Below the pieces are notes generated by a model. It was not told the origin of the DNA and did no database searches. It was given only the letters and a program-made list of their open reading frames with translations. A stretch of DNA of 62,712 nt from a virus (Duplodnaviria > Caudoviricetes), in IMG/VR virus record IMGVR_UViG_3300047477_000098, positions 1 through 62,712 of that record. One strand, given 5' to 3'. Position 1 is the stretch's first letter. Every line of letters begins with the position of its first letter. This document shows positions 10,759 through 20,375 of this stretch, piece by piece. The translations under genes were made by a program, and so were the position numbers.

Positions 10759-11426
10759 TTAATTTACCAAATGTTACATTAGTAAATATCACATCGGTCA
10801 AACATGAACAAAATATTAAATCTTTGGTTCAATCAAAGAAGCATATAAAGTTCGGAAGTGTTAAATTTATTTCCGATATTAAACCGGATTACCTTCCTTC
10901 AGACATAGAATATTGTAAGTGTGACAAATTAGACTCACTGTCATTCGCACATTTTGCTTGGTATGATTGGTGGAAATATATAGATACTGAACTCTGCTTA
11001 TTTGTTCACCATGATGGTTTTGTACTAAATCCAAAACTATGGTCAGATGATTTTCTAAAATTTGATTGGGTTGGTGCTCCTTGGCCGAATCATTCTGGAT
11101 ATCATAATAAGGGTAGATATATACCTGTTGGTAATGGTGGATTTGCGATAAGAAGCAGAAAAATTCTTAAAGCTCCTACTGATCTGAATTTACCATTACT
11201 AGATAATTGTGGGTTTGGATTTCCACACGAAGATATGAATTACTGCAATTACCATTATGATGCTATGATTGAATATGGCATCAAATATGCAGATATTGAT
11301 ACCGCTGCAAGATTTGCTACAGAGATGTATGTTGATGGACATTCGCAAAATTCTTTCGGGTTCCATGACTTTAGATACTATCCGCAGTTTGAAAAAATAT
11401 TAGATGATATAGACTTGAGAGGATAA
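10755..11426 (+). CDS. DUF5672-like GT-A glycosyltransferase
   Basis: HHDGFV, FDWVGAPW, GNGGFAIRS, HED, FGFH motifs. Confidence 0.75.
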   Translation: MINLPNVTLVNITSVKHEQNIKSLVQSKKHIKFGSVKFISDIKPDYLPSDIEYCKCDKLDSLSFAHFAWYDWWKYIDTELCLFVHHDGFVLNPKLWSDDFLKFDWVGAPWPNHSGYHNKGRYIPVGNGGFAIRSRKILKAPTDLNLPLLDNCGFGFPHEDMNYCNYHYDAMIEYGIKYADIDTAARFATEMYVDGHSQNSFGFHDFRYYPQFEKILDDIDLRG

Positions 11427-11427
11427 A

Positions 11428-12630
11428 ATGTATATAGTGAAAGAATTGACAGAATGTAAATGTTGCGGATCTAAAAATCTTATCAAGTACTGTGACCTAA
11501 GAAAGCAACCATTAGCTAACTCATTACATGATAAAACTGTACATCTTGAGAAATATGATTTGGCTGTAAATGTATGCTCGAATTGTTTCCACTCTCAGTT
11601 ATCGGTGACAGTTAATCCTGAAATCATTTACAAACACTATCTTTATGTGTCGGGTGTATCTAAGCCATTCATTCAGCACTGTAAAGAACTTGTTTCTAAT
11701 GTTACAAATGTCCATGGTGGAAAAGAACTATCAGTTTTAGATATTGCTTGTAATGATGGAACAATGTTAGAAGAATTCCGAAATGCTGGACATAAAGTAT
11801 TTGGAGTTGATCCTGCCGAGAATATTAGACAGATGTCAATTGAAAAGGGAATTGATGTTGAAGTCGCTTTCTGGAGCAATGATGTTGCAGAAACATTAGG
11901 AAAGACATTTGATGTCATAACAGCTACTAATGTATTTGCTCACGTGGATGATAACTACTCCTTCCTGGAAGCTTGTAAGAAAGTCTTAAATCCTAATGGG
12001 TTGGTAGTCATTGAATTTCCTTATGCCAAAGATATGATTGCTAAGGTTGAGTTTGATACAATCTACCATGAACATATTTCTTACTTCACTGTAAGCTCTT
12101 TCAATGCTCTTGTGACCAGACTAGGATATAAGATCCATAACATACAGAGAACTAATATTCATGGAGGGTCAATCAGATTCTCAATCTCTCTTGACAGAGA
12201 AGAGACAAATGATGTCAGTCTTTTAATGAATGAAGAAGAGAAGTCAAAACTGTATGATGTTGATGCATATAAGTCATTCCAAACACAGATGATTGAAACC
12301 AAGAAAGATATTGAAACTTATCTAAATGGTAAAGAATATATTGGGTTTGGAGCTTCCGCCAAAGGTAACACAATGCTTAACTATTTCAATCTAACCAATA
12401 TGAAATATGTTGTCGATGATACCAAGATCAAGCAAGGGAAATATACACCAGGCTGTGATATTGAAGTGAGACCTGTTAATGAAGGTCTTGATGTTGATGG
12501 TGACCTATATGTTGTTTGTATGTGCTGGAACTTTAAGGATGAAGTTATTCGTAGAATTAAATCAATCCGAAGTGAAGGAAGAACCCATCTTATATTTTAT
12601 GTGCCCAACTTCTATGTGGAACTTATATGA
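11428..12630 (+). CDS. NDP-hexose C-methyltransferase (Zn-binding N-terminus, SAM-dependent)
   Basis: CKCC...QPLAN...CSNC, DIACNDG, TNVFAH, FDTIYHEH, HGGS, GASAKGNT. Confidence 0.9.
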   Translation: MYIVKELTECKCCGSKNLIKYCDLRKQPLANSLHDKTVHLEKYDLAVNVCSNCFHSQLSVTVNPEIIYKHYLYVSGVSKPFIQHCKELVSNVTNVHGGKELSVLDIACNDGTMLEEFRNAGHKVFGVDPAENIRQMSIEKGIDVEVAFWSNDVAETLGKTFDVITATNVFAHVDDNYSFLEACKKVLNPNGLVVIEFPYAKDMIAKVEFDTIYHEHISYFTVSSFNALVTRLGYKIHNIQRTNIHGGSIRFSISLDREETNDVSLLMNEEEKSKLYDVDAYKSFQTQMIETKKDIETYLNGKEYIGFGASAKGNTMLNYFNLTNMKYVVDDTKIKQGKYTPGCDIEVRPVNEGLDVDGDLYVVCMCWNFKDEVIRRIKSIRSEGRTHLIFYVPNFYVELI

Positions 12631-13748
12631 TTAAATATATTGTTTTTGGAGATGGCTTATTAGGAACTGAAATAGTTAGCAATACTGGCTGGGATTATAT
12701 CTCCAGAAAAAAGAATAATCTTGATTTTGGAAAAGATGAAGATTTTCAGAAATATTTGGAGATGGCTAAAAACTATGACACTATAGTGAACTGTATAGCT
12801 TTTACAAAAACATACTCTGAAGATAAAGAAACCAATTGGTTAATAAATTTCAAACGAGTGGTTGAACTTTCTGATTGGTGTAAAGCTAACGGAAAGAAAT
12901 TGATTCACTTCTCTACAAACTATGTGTATTGTGGATCTAAAGAATCACCTTCCGAAGATGACATCCCTGTTCATTGTAGGACTTGGTATGGATATACAAA
13001 ACTTTTGGGTGATTCTTATGTTCAGCTGAATCCAAACTCATTGGTCATAAGAACATCCTATAAAAGTAATCCATTTCCTTATGATAAAGCCATAATGACG
13101 CAAGTTGGTAATTTCGATTATGTTGACGTTATATGTAAACTAATCATAATACTGATAATCAATAATGTGTTAGGTGTTTATAATGTTGGTACAGATATTA
13201 AAACAATGTATGAATTGGCAATTAAAACCAAACCAGATATTGAGAAAATGTATTTGTTGCCAATGAAAGAGATGCCTCAAAATATAACTTTTGACATTTC
13301 CAAAATGAATAAAGTTAGATATAAGATGATAAGTGTTACAGATGATCTTTTAGAGCTAGAGCATCTGAGAGACATAAGAAATAACTGTAGAGAGTTTATG
13401 ACTAACAATACAGATACAATCTCCAAAGACGCACAGATTGAATGGTTCTCCAATCTAACACCAACAAAGAAACCATTCTTATTTTCAGAAGATGAATTTA
13501 TTATAGGATATGGTTTTATTAATATTGTTGATGGTGTGTCGATACTTAGCGGTGGTTTGATTGAGAAATATAGGAATAAGGGTCTTGGAAAGATTCTATT
13601 CAAAACTTTAATTGATATGTGTGATACTGATAAGGTTGATCTTGAAGTTTTGAAAAGTAATCACAGAGCATATAAAACATACAATAAACTTGGATTTGTT
13701 ACTTATTCAGAAGATAATGAAAAATATTCCATGAGGCTTGTTAGATGA
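12627..13748 (+). CDS. RmlD-like NDP-sugar reductase fused to GNAT (PseH-like) N-acetyltransferase
   Basis: GDGLLG, STNYVY, YGYTK (YxxxK); C-terminal IRN...QIEWF...YRNKGLG...NHRAYKTYNKLGF. Confidence 0.8.
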   Translation: MIKYIVFGDGLLGTEIVSNTGWDYISRKKNNLDFGKDEDFQKYLEMAKNYDTIVNCIAFTKTYSEDKETNWLINFKRVVELSDWCKANGKKLIHFSTNYVYCGSKESPSEDDIPVHCRTWYGYTKLLGDSYVQLNPNSLVIRTSYKSNPFPYDKAIMTQVGNFDYVDVICKLIIILIINNVLGVYNVGTDIKTMYELAIKTKPDIEKMYLLPMKEMPQNITFDISKMNKVRYKMISVTDDLLELEHLRDIRNNCREFMTNNTDTISKDAQIEWFSNLTPTKKPFLFSEDEFIIGYGFINIVDGVSILSGGLIEKYRNKGLGKILFKTLIDMCDTDKVDLEVLKSNHRAYKTYNKLGFVTYSEDNEKYSMRLVR

Positions 13749-14467
13749 AAAAAGATTTAAGTATTATAACTGTAAATTACAACCACCGAAGTTTAATAGA
13801 CTTCCAAAGAGATTTGTACAGGAACTCAAATGTGGATGTGTTTGTGGTTGAAAATAGTAATGACGAATCACAGGTTTGTGATTTCAATATAAGAAATCCT
13901 AATAGGTATTCTTTTGACGGAGAGAGTCATGGAAGCTCTATTGATTTGGGTGTTAAAAATACTGAATCAGAATACGTCATTATAATGGATTCAGATTTTA
14001 TTTTATTTGATGTTAAACTAATACCTACTATGATAGAGTACATGAAAGAGCATCAGATTGAAGCATTTGGGACTCCATATGGTGACGGTGAGAGTAACAA
14101 TAGATTTATAGCAAGCAGTCCAGAAACATTTGTAAATATACCTTGTATATATTTCCTAATAGTTAAAAGAACTCTACTGGAAGATGTATCATTCATGATA
14201 GGTCATGATGAATGTTATAGCAATATGCAGAAATATGGATGTTATGTTGAAGTTGGGTTTCAGTTAAGAAAGAAATGTTTTGAAAATAAAATAAAAACTG
14301 AATCATTTCAGATGTATCAACACTCGCCAGGTTATGGTAAATGTTTCTATAAATGGAATGGTGATGATGTTGGGTATCATCACTTTGGTGGATGCCATAC
14401 AAACAAATATGAAGTATTGAATACTCTGGTAGAATTAAGGGGAAGATATAATGATAAGAATGTTTAA
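13745..14467 (+). CDS. Glycosyltransferase family 2
   Basis: LSIITVNYN, VVEN, DSD motif. Confidence 0.8.
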   Translation: MKKDLSIITVNYNHRSLIDFQRDLYRNSNVDVFVVENSNDESQVCDFNIRNPNRYSFDGESHGSSIDLGVKNTESEYVIIMDSDFILFDVKLIPTMIEYMKEHQIEAFGTPYGDGESNNRFIASSPETFVNIPCIYFLIVKRTLLEDVSFMIGHDECYSNMQKYGCYVEVGFQLRKKCFENKIKTESFQMYQHSPGYGKCFYKWNGDDVGYHHFGGCHTNKYEVLNTLVELRGRYNDKNV

Positions 14468-15530
14468 AGTTCGGATGTCCAAGAAGGCATCTAAAGACGT
14501 TAAGAAAGTCCTAGATAGTGGATTTATTGGACAAGGCCCTAAAGTTGAAGAATTTGAAGACCTTCTACAAAAAGAATTAAAAAGTTCGATTAGACCAGTC
14601 ACAGTTAATTCATGCACAAACGCAATTCAACTGGCGCTCCATCTGATTGGTGTTAGACCAGATGATGAAGTTATTTCAACACCTCAGACTTGTTTTGCTT
14701 CTCAGATCGGCATCCTTCAAAATAGAGCAGCTATTAAATGGGCGGATATTGATCCAGCATCAGGTCTCATTGATCCAGTTAGCGTTGAAAAGTTAATAAC
14801 TGATAAAACAAAAGCTATCGTCGCTGTTAACTGGGCCGGAAAGTTTGCAGACTATGAAAAGCTGAAGTCATTTGGAATACCTGTGATTGAAGATGCCGCA
14901 CACACATGGGATGTGTATGAGCATGAAAAGGCACGCGGTGACTATATTTGTTACAGTCTTCAAGCAATCAAGTTCTTAACTGCTTCTGATGGTGGAGTAT
15001 TGATAACTCCTAAAGAACAAGAACATAGAGCAAGACTGCTTAGGTGGTTCGGTCTAGACAGAACTAAAGGTCAATCATTTAGATGTGCACAGAACATTGA
15101 AGAAGCTGGCTTTAAGTACCATATGAATGATGTATGTGCTGCTATAGGCATTGCAAATATTCCAGAAGCTAGAGACTCTGTATTTACCAATAGACGGATT
15201 GCTCAGAGATATTGTAATGCGTTCAAGAATCTGAAGAATGTTAAGGTTTTACCATTTGACAACACTTCATCGTATTGGTTGTATTCTATGATAGTGGAAA
15301 ATACAACCGCTTCTAAGTTTACAGAATATATGACTTCTAAAGGAATAGAAGTTAGTCCAGTCCATTACAGAAATGATCTATATTCATGTGTTTCTGATTA
15401 CAAAATTGGAGATCTGCATGGAGTTGATACCTTTACTGAAAAGCAGATAAACATTCCAATCGGATGGTGGTTGACACGAAAGGAAATAGCTGAAATAATA
15501 AAGTGTGTCACGGACTTTGATTCATTATGA
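14451..15530 (+). CDS. DegT/DnrJ/EryC1/StrS PLP-dependent sugar aminotransferase
   Basis: GQGPKVEEFE, NSCTNA, IEDAAH, SLQAIK, DGG, GFKYHM. Confidence 0.93.
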   Translation: MIRMFKVRMSKKASKDVKKVLDSGFIGQGPKVEEFEDLLQKELKSSIRPVTVNSCTNAIQLALHLIGVRPDDEVISTPQTCFASQIGILQNRAAIKWADIDPASGLIDPVSVEKLITDKTKAIVAVNWAGKFADYEKLKSFGIPVIEDAAHTWDVYEHEKARGDYICYSLQAIKFLTASDGGVLITPKEQEHRARLLRWFGLDRTKGQSFRCAQNIEEAGFKYHMNDVCAAIGIANIPEARDSVFTNRRIAQRYCNAFKNLKNVKVLPFDNTSSYWLYSMIVENTTASKFTEYMTSKGIEVSPVHYRNDLYSCVSDYKIGDLHGVDTFTEKQINIPIGWWLTRKEIAEIIKCVTDFDSL

Positions 15531-15709
15531 AACCAGGAATAGACATCGAAATCATAAATGAAATGGCTATCATAAGAGTAGATTGTAAGACTCTTCCACC
15601 ACTTAAGGCAGAAGAACATTGCAAGAGAACAGCCAAACTGTTTCCGAAAAGAGTTAGATCAATGCTGGGTGTTAGACACTGTTTGTTTATTCCATATTCA
15701 TCTATTTGA
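15527..15709 (+). CDS. Micro-protein resembling the clip segment of portal gp20
   Basis: IRVDCKTLPPLKAEEH vs recalled T4 gp20 WYVDTGNMPARKAAEH; ATGA coupling to upstream gene. Confidence 0.55.
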   Translation: MKPGIDIEIINEMAIIRVDCKTLPPLKAEEHCKRTAKLFPKRVRSMLGVRHCLFIPYSSI

Positions 15710-16400
15710 ATATGAAAGGTTGATTGAGAATATCAACCTTTGTCACTTTTGTGGTGCGAGTCATGACCCTTCTACAAGTGTTAGTAACCAGTCCAAGAGC
15801 CGCTGGAACGCTCTTCAACCATAGTTCATGTCTCAACATATCACAGATAAAGAAGGCGTCTACAAGGTCACTCGTAGGCGAAATCCCATCTTTATTTCTT
15901 TGTCCTGCGTTCTTACCTTTAACATGAACTTTGATTTGTGGTAGATAAGAAAAATCTTCTTTGTAACTCAGAGCCTGGTATGCATCAAACATATCAGGCT
16001 TTTTTGCATTCCCTTTTCCAGTTGCGTAAAGCTTAACCGACCCAGGATCATAAGCACGAATCTTCTTTCCATCGTCAAAGAGTCTTGACTTTATATTACC
16101 ACATACTTCTGCTAACATGGTTATCTTACCCTTCGCAGAGAATGCATAATCCTCAAGAGCCACATAGTCTGCATCTTTAAGAAAATCCATAATCTTAGGA
16201 AGCATGAAACTTTGTCTGTGGTAGTATGTAGTGAACTGACCATCTTTATAAGTAACCACATCTTTCCAAGCACTCTTTGAAGTCTGAGCAATTTCACAAA
16301 AGCCAAGCTTCTCTATTTTAACAATGTTGAACTGAGAATCCAATTCAAACTTTATACACCCTGTGGATGTTGGACTTACGTCAAGGCCAGCTATTTTCAT
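15702..16400 (-). CDS. RuvC-like Holliday junction resolvase
   Basis: MKIAGLDVSPTSTG, VALEDY, ATGKGNAKK, DLVDA; start moved to ATG 5 nt after TAAATA. Confidence 0.8.
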   Translation of the reverse strand: MKIAGLDVSPTSTGCIKFELDSQFNIVKIEKLGFCEIAQTSKSAWKDVVTYKDGQFTTYYHRQSFMLPKIMDFLKDADYVALEDYAFSAKGKITMLAEVCGNIKSRLFDDGKKIRAYDPGSVKLYATGKGNAKKPDMFDAYQALSYKEDFSYLPQIKVHVKGKNAGQRNKDGISPTSDLVDAFFICDMLRHELWLKSVPAALGLVTNTCRRVMTRTTKVTKVDILNQPFIFK

Positions 16401-16405
16401 GGAAG

Positions 16406-16436
16406 TATTTAGCACGCCACTAATCTTTAATAAATA
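16406..16436. promoter_or_regulatory. Back-to-back divergent T4-type late promoters
   Basis: TAAATA on minus strand (16406-16411) and plus strand (16431-16436), each 5 nt from an ATG. Confidence 0.65.
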
Positions 16437-16441
16437 CTCTT

Positions 16442-17110
16442 ATGAACATAAATCTTACCAACTATCTGTTAGAATCTGAACCAGTTCTAAACCCAGCTGC
16501 TGTAAAAGCTTTTGATTATCTAAAGACCATTAAGCTTGATAAGGCTCCAGTACATAAATCATGGACACTACATGATGGTTACTCAGTAGCTTTCAAATCA
16601 ACACAGGTGGCCACAATTGATGTTAAGGTGATGCATACTGGCAAAGTTGAGATTACACAGAATGGTAAGATCATTGAATCTTTTGACTTCACATCCTTTG
16701 CGGAAATCAAGAACGGATTGAAGAAAGTCTTTAGAGTAACTGAACCAAAAGAAGAAGTTACTGAAGAGAAGAAAGAACGGTCTTCCAACAAACAAGTTTA
16801 TGTTAACAAGGTATATAACTTAGCTCCAACAAGAGAACTTTGGCTCGGTGTAAGACAAGCTGTAAAAGCTTTGAAGACACCTACACGGTCGTTTGAAGAT
16901 TGCGTTCAGTATGTTTTAGAAAAGGTTAGGAATCAAGTTGAGAAGAATATTCCTAAAGAATATAAAGTTAAGAGTCCTGTAATGGAACTTGAATTTATAT
17001 CCAAACCAAAAATCATAGTTAGTGGAAAGTTGACTCTTGAAATTGAAATGGCTCAGATATTGCCATTTGAAGAGTACCTTAGCAAGATTGGATTTAGAAT
17101 AAAGAAATAA
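16442..17110 (+). CDS. Hypothetical late protein, candidate internal head protein
   Basis: TAAATA upstream; N-terminus NYLLES resembles a gp21 (L/I-x-E) processing site. Confidence 0.55.
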   Translation: MNINLTNYLLESEPVLNPAAVKAFDYLKTIKLDKAPVHKSWTLHDGYSVAFKSTQVATIDVKVMHTGKVEITQNGKIIESFDFTSFAEIKNGLKKVFRVTEPKEEVTEEKKERSSNKQVYVNKVYNLAPTRELWLGVRQAVKALKTPTRSFEDCVQYVLEKVRNQVEKNIPKEYKVKSPVMELEFISKPKIIVSGKLTLEIEMAQILPFEEYLSKIGFRIKK

Positions 17111-17140
17111 AAAAAGGGACTAAAAAGTCCCTTTTTTTAT
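17108..17140. terminator. Bidirectional intrinsic terminator
   Basis: aaaaaaagggact-aaaa-agtccctttttt between convergent genes. Confidence 0.85.
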
Positions 17141-17156
17141 TTAATTCCTTTTAGGA

Positions 17157-17465
17157 TTAAAGTTCGTCAAAGTCCACGTCAGCTTTTTCTTTCTTAGGCT
17201 TAACAGTTGCTTCTTCATCTTCAGTCTCTTCTTCTTCGCCAAGGGCTTTCTTAAGATCGGCAACAAGCTTCTCTAGCTTCTCGTCTTCGGTCTTCTCAGC
17301 GTGCTTACCAATTTTGGCAACAAGCTTTAGAGCCTTCTCAACATCAACTGCATCCTCTTCTTCAGTCTCAACCTCAGTTTCAACTTCGGCAGTTTTCTCA
17401 GCTTCAAGAATCGCATCGTAGCTTTCTTCAAGCAACCATGTGGCGCGTCTGGATTGTTCTCTCAT
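17157..17465 (-). CDS. Acidic late protein, candidate prohead core/internal protein
   Basis: TAAATA at 17489-17494, GGAG RBS, WLLEE/AILEA motifs, Glu/Lys-rich. Confidence 0.55.
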   Translation of the reverse strand: MREQSRRATWLLEESYDAILEAEKTAEVETEVETEEEDAVDVEKALKLVAKIGKHAEKTEDEKLEKLVADLKKALGEEEETEDEEATVKPKKEKADVDFDEL

Positions 17466-17491
17466 AGTAATCTCCTGATTAATAAAAGTAT

Positions 17492-17881
17492 TTAGTTTTT
17501 AACTAATTTCTTAAACTCCGATCTAATATCAGACACGATATCTGTTTCCATACCTACGAAATAGAAACGAATGCTGTCATACTCTACAGCATAAACGCAA
17601 CCCTTATGAGTTGCGTGTAATAATCCTAAAAGGTATCCGACTTCCAATAAATCCTCATGATTGGATTCACTGTCATTTTGATAACACAAACTTTCAAATG
17701 TGACAGACAAGTCTACAAGAATATCTCTGATTACAGTTTTCTTATATCTACCAATACAACACTCTATAAACTCGGATATAGCATCGCTATCCTTATAACG
17801 GAAATATGCGTTCTTATCAAACTGAAGATTTGTAAGGGTGTCTATATTCTTCTGAACCAAATAATTCTTAAACTTCGTCAT
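17492..17881 (-). CDS. Hypothetical protein
   Basis: ORF with GGAG RBS before MTKFKNY. Confidence 0.6.
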   Translation of the reverse strand: MTKFKNYLVQKNIDTLTNLQFDKNAYFRYKDSDAISEFIECCIGRYKKTVIRDILVDLSVTFESLCYQNDSESNHEDLLEVGYLLGLLHATHKGCVYAVEYDSIRFYFVGMETDIVSDIRSEFKKLVKN

Positions 17882-17939
17882 ACTACTCCAAAACAAAAAA
17901 AGAAGGCTTTTACACCTTCAATATTACAACTCATAATGA

Positions 17940-18380
17940 TTACTTAAAAATACCGGTAGCTTGCTTAGGAGCATAATCTCCTCTTGAATGTAAGCGCGCC
18001 TGTGATTCATTAACTGGTCCACGCTCAACAATACGATCATTCTTATTTACAATATACCAACCAGCTGGGAAGTTTTCAGTAAATGTTTGACCTGCGAAAT
18101 CTCTACTGACAATATGCTTGGAGTTCTTCAACCTAATGATATCAGTATCTTTAGGATCAAGCTTCTTCTCAACAGCTTTATCATAAACCATATAAGCTCG
18201 GACTACAGGTCCAATCTCAATGTTACCCGTGGCAGTGTTGATAGCATACCAACCATCAGGAAGATTTCCAGCCTTCTGCATCTCTTTGAACAATCTACCT
18301 TTAGGTATGCTCAAAGTTTCTGGCTTTAATTCGGTCAAGAAAGAATTGCTCATTTCATACAGATATTCATTATCAAACAT
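17940..18380 (-). CDS. Hypothetical late protein with internal duplicated P(D/A)GWY motif
   Basis: TAAATA at 18397-18402, GAGG RBS; LPDGWYAIN...GPV and FPAGWYIVN...GPV repeats. Confidence 0.6.
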   Translation of the reverse strand: MFDNEYLYEMSNSFLTELKPETLSIPKGRLFKEMQKAGNLPDGWYAINTATGNIEIGPVVRAYMVYDKAVEKKLDPKDTDIIRLKNSKHIVSRDFAGQTFTENFPAGWYIVNKNDRIVERGPVNESQARLHSRGDYAPKQATGIFK

Positions 18381-18391
18381 ACGTTACCTCT

Positions 18392-18874
18392 TCACTTATT
18401 TAGAAATGTTAAATATCTCTGCTTTTTAACTCTATCTACTGGAGCTAATGTAGAAACTAAATTAAACCGATTGAAAGTAAACAATCTCTTATACAGATAA
18501 TTCATAATGGATCTATCTGATTGTCTTAACATAAATCTTTTCTTGGTGTATAACTTTCTTGCGGAGAATATAGTTGAACCTAATTCTATAAGAGACTTAA
18601 CAACACCTGGTCCGATGTTACCTTTTGCAAAAGAGAAAAGAACTTTTTCCAAAGATTTAAATATTGAAAGAACCAACATGTTGACTTCTTCAATATTGTT
18701 CTGATAGTCAACTTCTTGTGAGTTGACTATATTTTTTTCTTTTGTATTAACTATCTCTTCAGCTTTCTCTTCTTCTGAGTCCTGCAGCTTCTCTGCAGCA
18801 CGATCAGTTTTCATTTGGTTTAGAAGCTCAAGAATTGGCTCATCTTCGTCGCCAGTAAGTTTATCAATTAACAT
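18392..18874 (-). CDS. Hypothetical late protein
   Basis: TAAATA at 18891-18896, GAGGT RBS before MLIDKL. Confidence 0.6.
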   Translation of the reverse strand: MLIDKLTGDEDEPILELLNQMKTDRAAEKLQDSEEEKAEEIVNTKEKNIVNSQEVDYQNNIEEVNMLVLSIFKSLEKVLFSFAKGNIGPGVVKSLIELGSTIFSARKLYTKKRFMLRQSDRSIMNYLYKRLFTFNRFNLVSTLAPVDRVKKQRYLTFLNK

Positions 18875-18914
18875 AACACCTCTTTGGTAGTATTTATCGA
18901 GCAAGAAAGATTGG

Positions 18915-18943
18915 TTGATGACGCAAAATTAAAATGATATAAT
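18915..18943 (+). promoter_or_regulatory. Sigma70-type promoter with conserved spacer
   Basis: TTGATG-17nt(acgcaaaattaaaatga)-TATAAT upstream of rnh. Confidence 0.75.
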
Positions 18944-18964
18944 AAAGTATAAAGAAGGGAACAA

Positions 18965-19894
18965 ATGTCAAACCTAAAAAATATTATAGAAAGTGATGTA
19001 AAGGAAAAGATCGTAGTCATTGATGGACACAATCTTATCTTTAGAACTCTGTTCATCTCAGAGAAACATAACGACCAATTTGGAATCGAAGGAGACCAGA
19101 CTTATTCTTATTGGAAGTATATCTTCCTGAAGACTATTGTAAACACTATCTCCACATTCAATCCAACAAAACTTATCATCTGTATGGATGAGAAGAATAC
19201 TTGGAGAAAGGATGTATATCCAGAATACAAGGCGCAAAGAAAAGCTGCTAGAGATAACTCAAAGATTGATTTCAAAGTATTCTTTCCTATCATGGACGCA
19301 TACTATACTGATATGATGGAAATCATAACTAACATTATGTACCTTAAGGTAGATAGATGTGAAGGTGATGATATTATGGCGGTCATTTCAAGAAGCTATC
19401 CTGACGCCAATATTGAACTCATTTCTACTGATAAGGATTTAAACCAGCTTCTTAAAAGAAAGAATGTTAAGCAGTATGATCCGGTCAAGAGAGCTTATAC
19501 CAACTCTCTAAATCCTGTGGTTGATCTTGAAATGAAAATCATTACTGGTGATAAGGGTGATAACATTCCTGCTATTAAACCCAAATGTGGTCCAGCTACG
19601 GCAGCTAAAATTCTTACTGAAAATCTTCTTCCTACACTTCTAAAAGATAAAGATATTTCAGATGCGTACGATAGAAATCGGATACTTATAGACCTAGATT
19701 GTATCCCAAAAACCATTGTGGATGATATAACGAACCATCTAAATAGTTACACACTAAAAAGTTATGACGGAAAAAAGTTCTTCAATTTTGCAATCAAACA
19801 CAGATTGGCTTCCATGATTGAGAACATTCAAGAGATTAACAGTGTACTATCAACATTGGACGATTATGTCGGAACCGGAAAGTCAGAACAATAG
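18965..19894 (+). CDS. rnh: T4 RNase H-like 5'-3' exonuclease
   Basis: VIDGHN, WRKDVYPEYKAQR, EGDD, STDKD, GDKGDNIP. Confidence 0.93.
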   Translation: MSNLKNIIESDVKEKIVVIDGHNLIFRTLFISEKHNDQFGIEGDQTYSYWKYIFLKTIVNTISTFNPTKLIICMDEKNTWRKDVYPEYKAQRKAARDNSKIDFKVFFPIMDAYYTDMMEIITNIMYLKVDRCEGDDIMAVISRSYPDANIELISTDKDLNQLLKRKNVKQYDPVKRAYTNSLNPVVDLEMKIITGDKGDNIPAIKPKCGPATAAKILTENLLPTLLKDKDISDAYDRNRILIDLDCIPKTIVDDITNHLNSYTLKSYDGKKFFNFAIKHRLASMIENIQEINSVLSTLDDYVGTGKSEQ

Positions 19895-20375
19895 GAAATA
19901 TATCTCAGGAGCTTATACTCCTAAGAATCCTGAAAAGTATAAAGGAAAAGGTTTACCATATTATAAGTCTTCCTATGAATGGAGAGTTATGTATTGGTGT
20001 GATCTTAACACAAATGTTATTGAATGGTCATACGAACCTTTTCCAATAGAATATACTTTTCAGGTCCCTTCTGATTCGCCGCAATGGATGAAAAACTTGG
20101 TTGATTATAGAACCCACAAATACTATGTTGACTTCTATGCAAAGGTTCTTGATAATAATGGTAAAGCACAAAACTTTATGTTGGAAATAAAACCAGCAAA
20201 TCAAACAGTTGCACCAAAAGAACCTAAAAGAAAGACCAAGAAATCTCTCGAAAAGTTTATGACCGAGATGAAAGAATATATAAAGAACTGTAATAAATGG
20301 AATGCCGCAGATACCTTCTTCAATAAAAGAGGCTATAAGTTCCAAGTTCTTACTGAACAAGATTTGTTTACTTAA
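19866..20375 (+). CDS. gp4: Head completion nuclease gp4-like (TnsA-type)
   Basis: PKNPEKYKG, YKSSYE, WSYE, YYVDF, EIKP, KWNAA. Confidence 0.88.
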   Translation: MSEPESQNNRKYISGAYTPKNPEKYKGKGLPYYKSSYEWRVMYWCDLNTNVIEWSYEPFPIEYTFQVPSDSPQWMKNLVDYRTHKYYVDFYAKVLDNNGKAQNFMLEIKPANQTVAPKEPKRKTKKSLEKFMTEMKEYIKNCNKWNAADTFFNKRGYKFQVLTEQDLFT

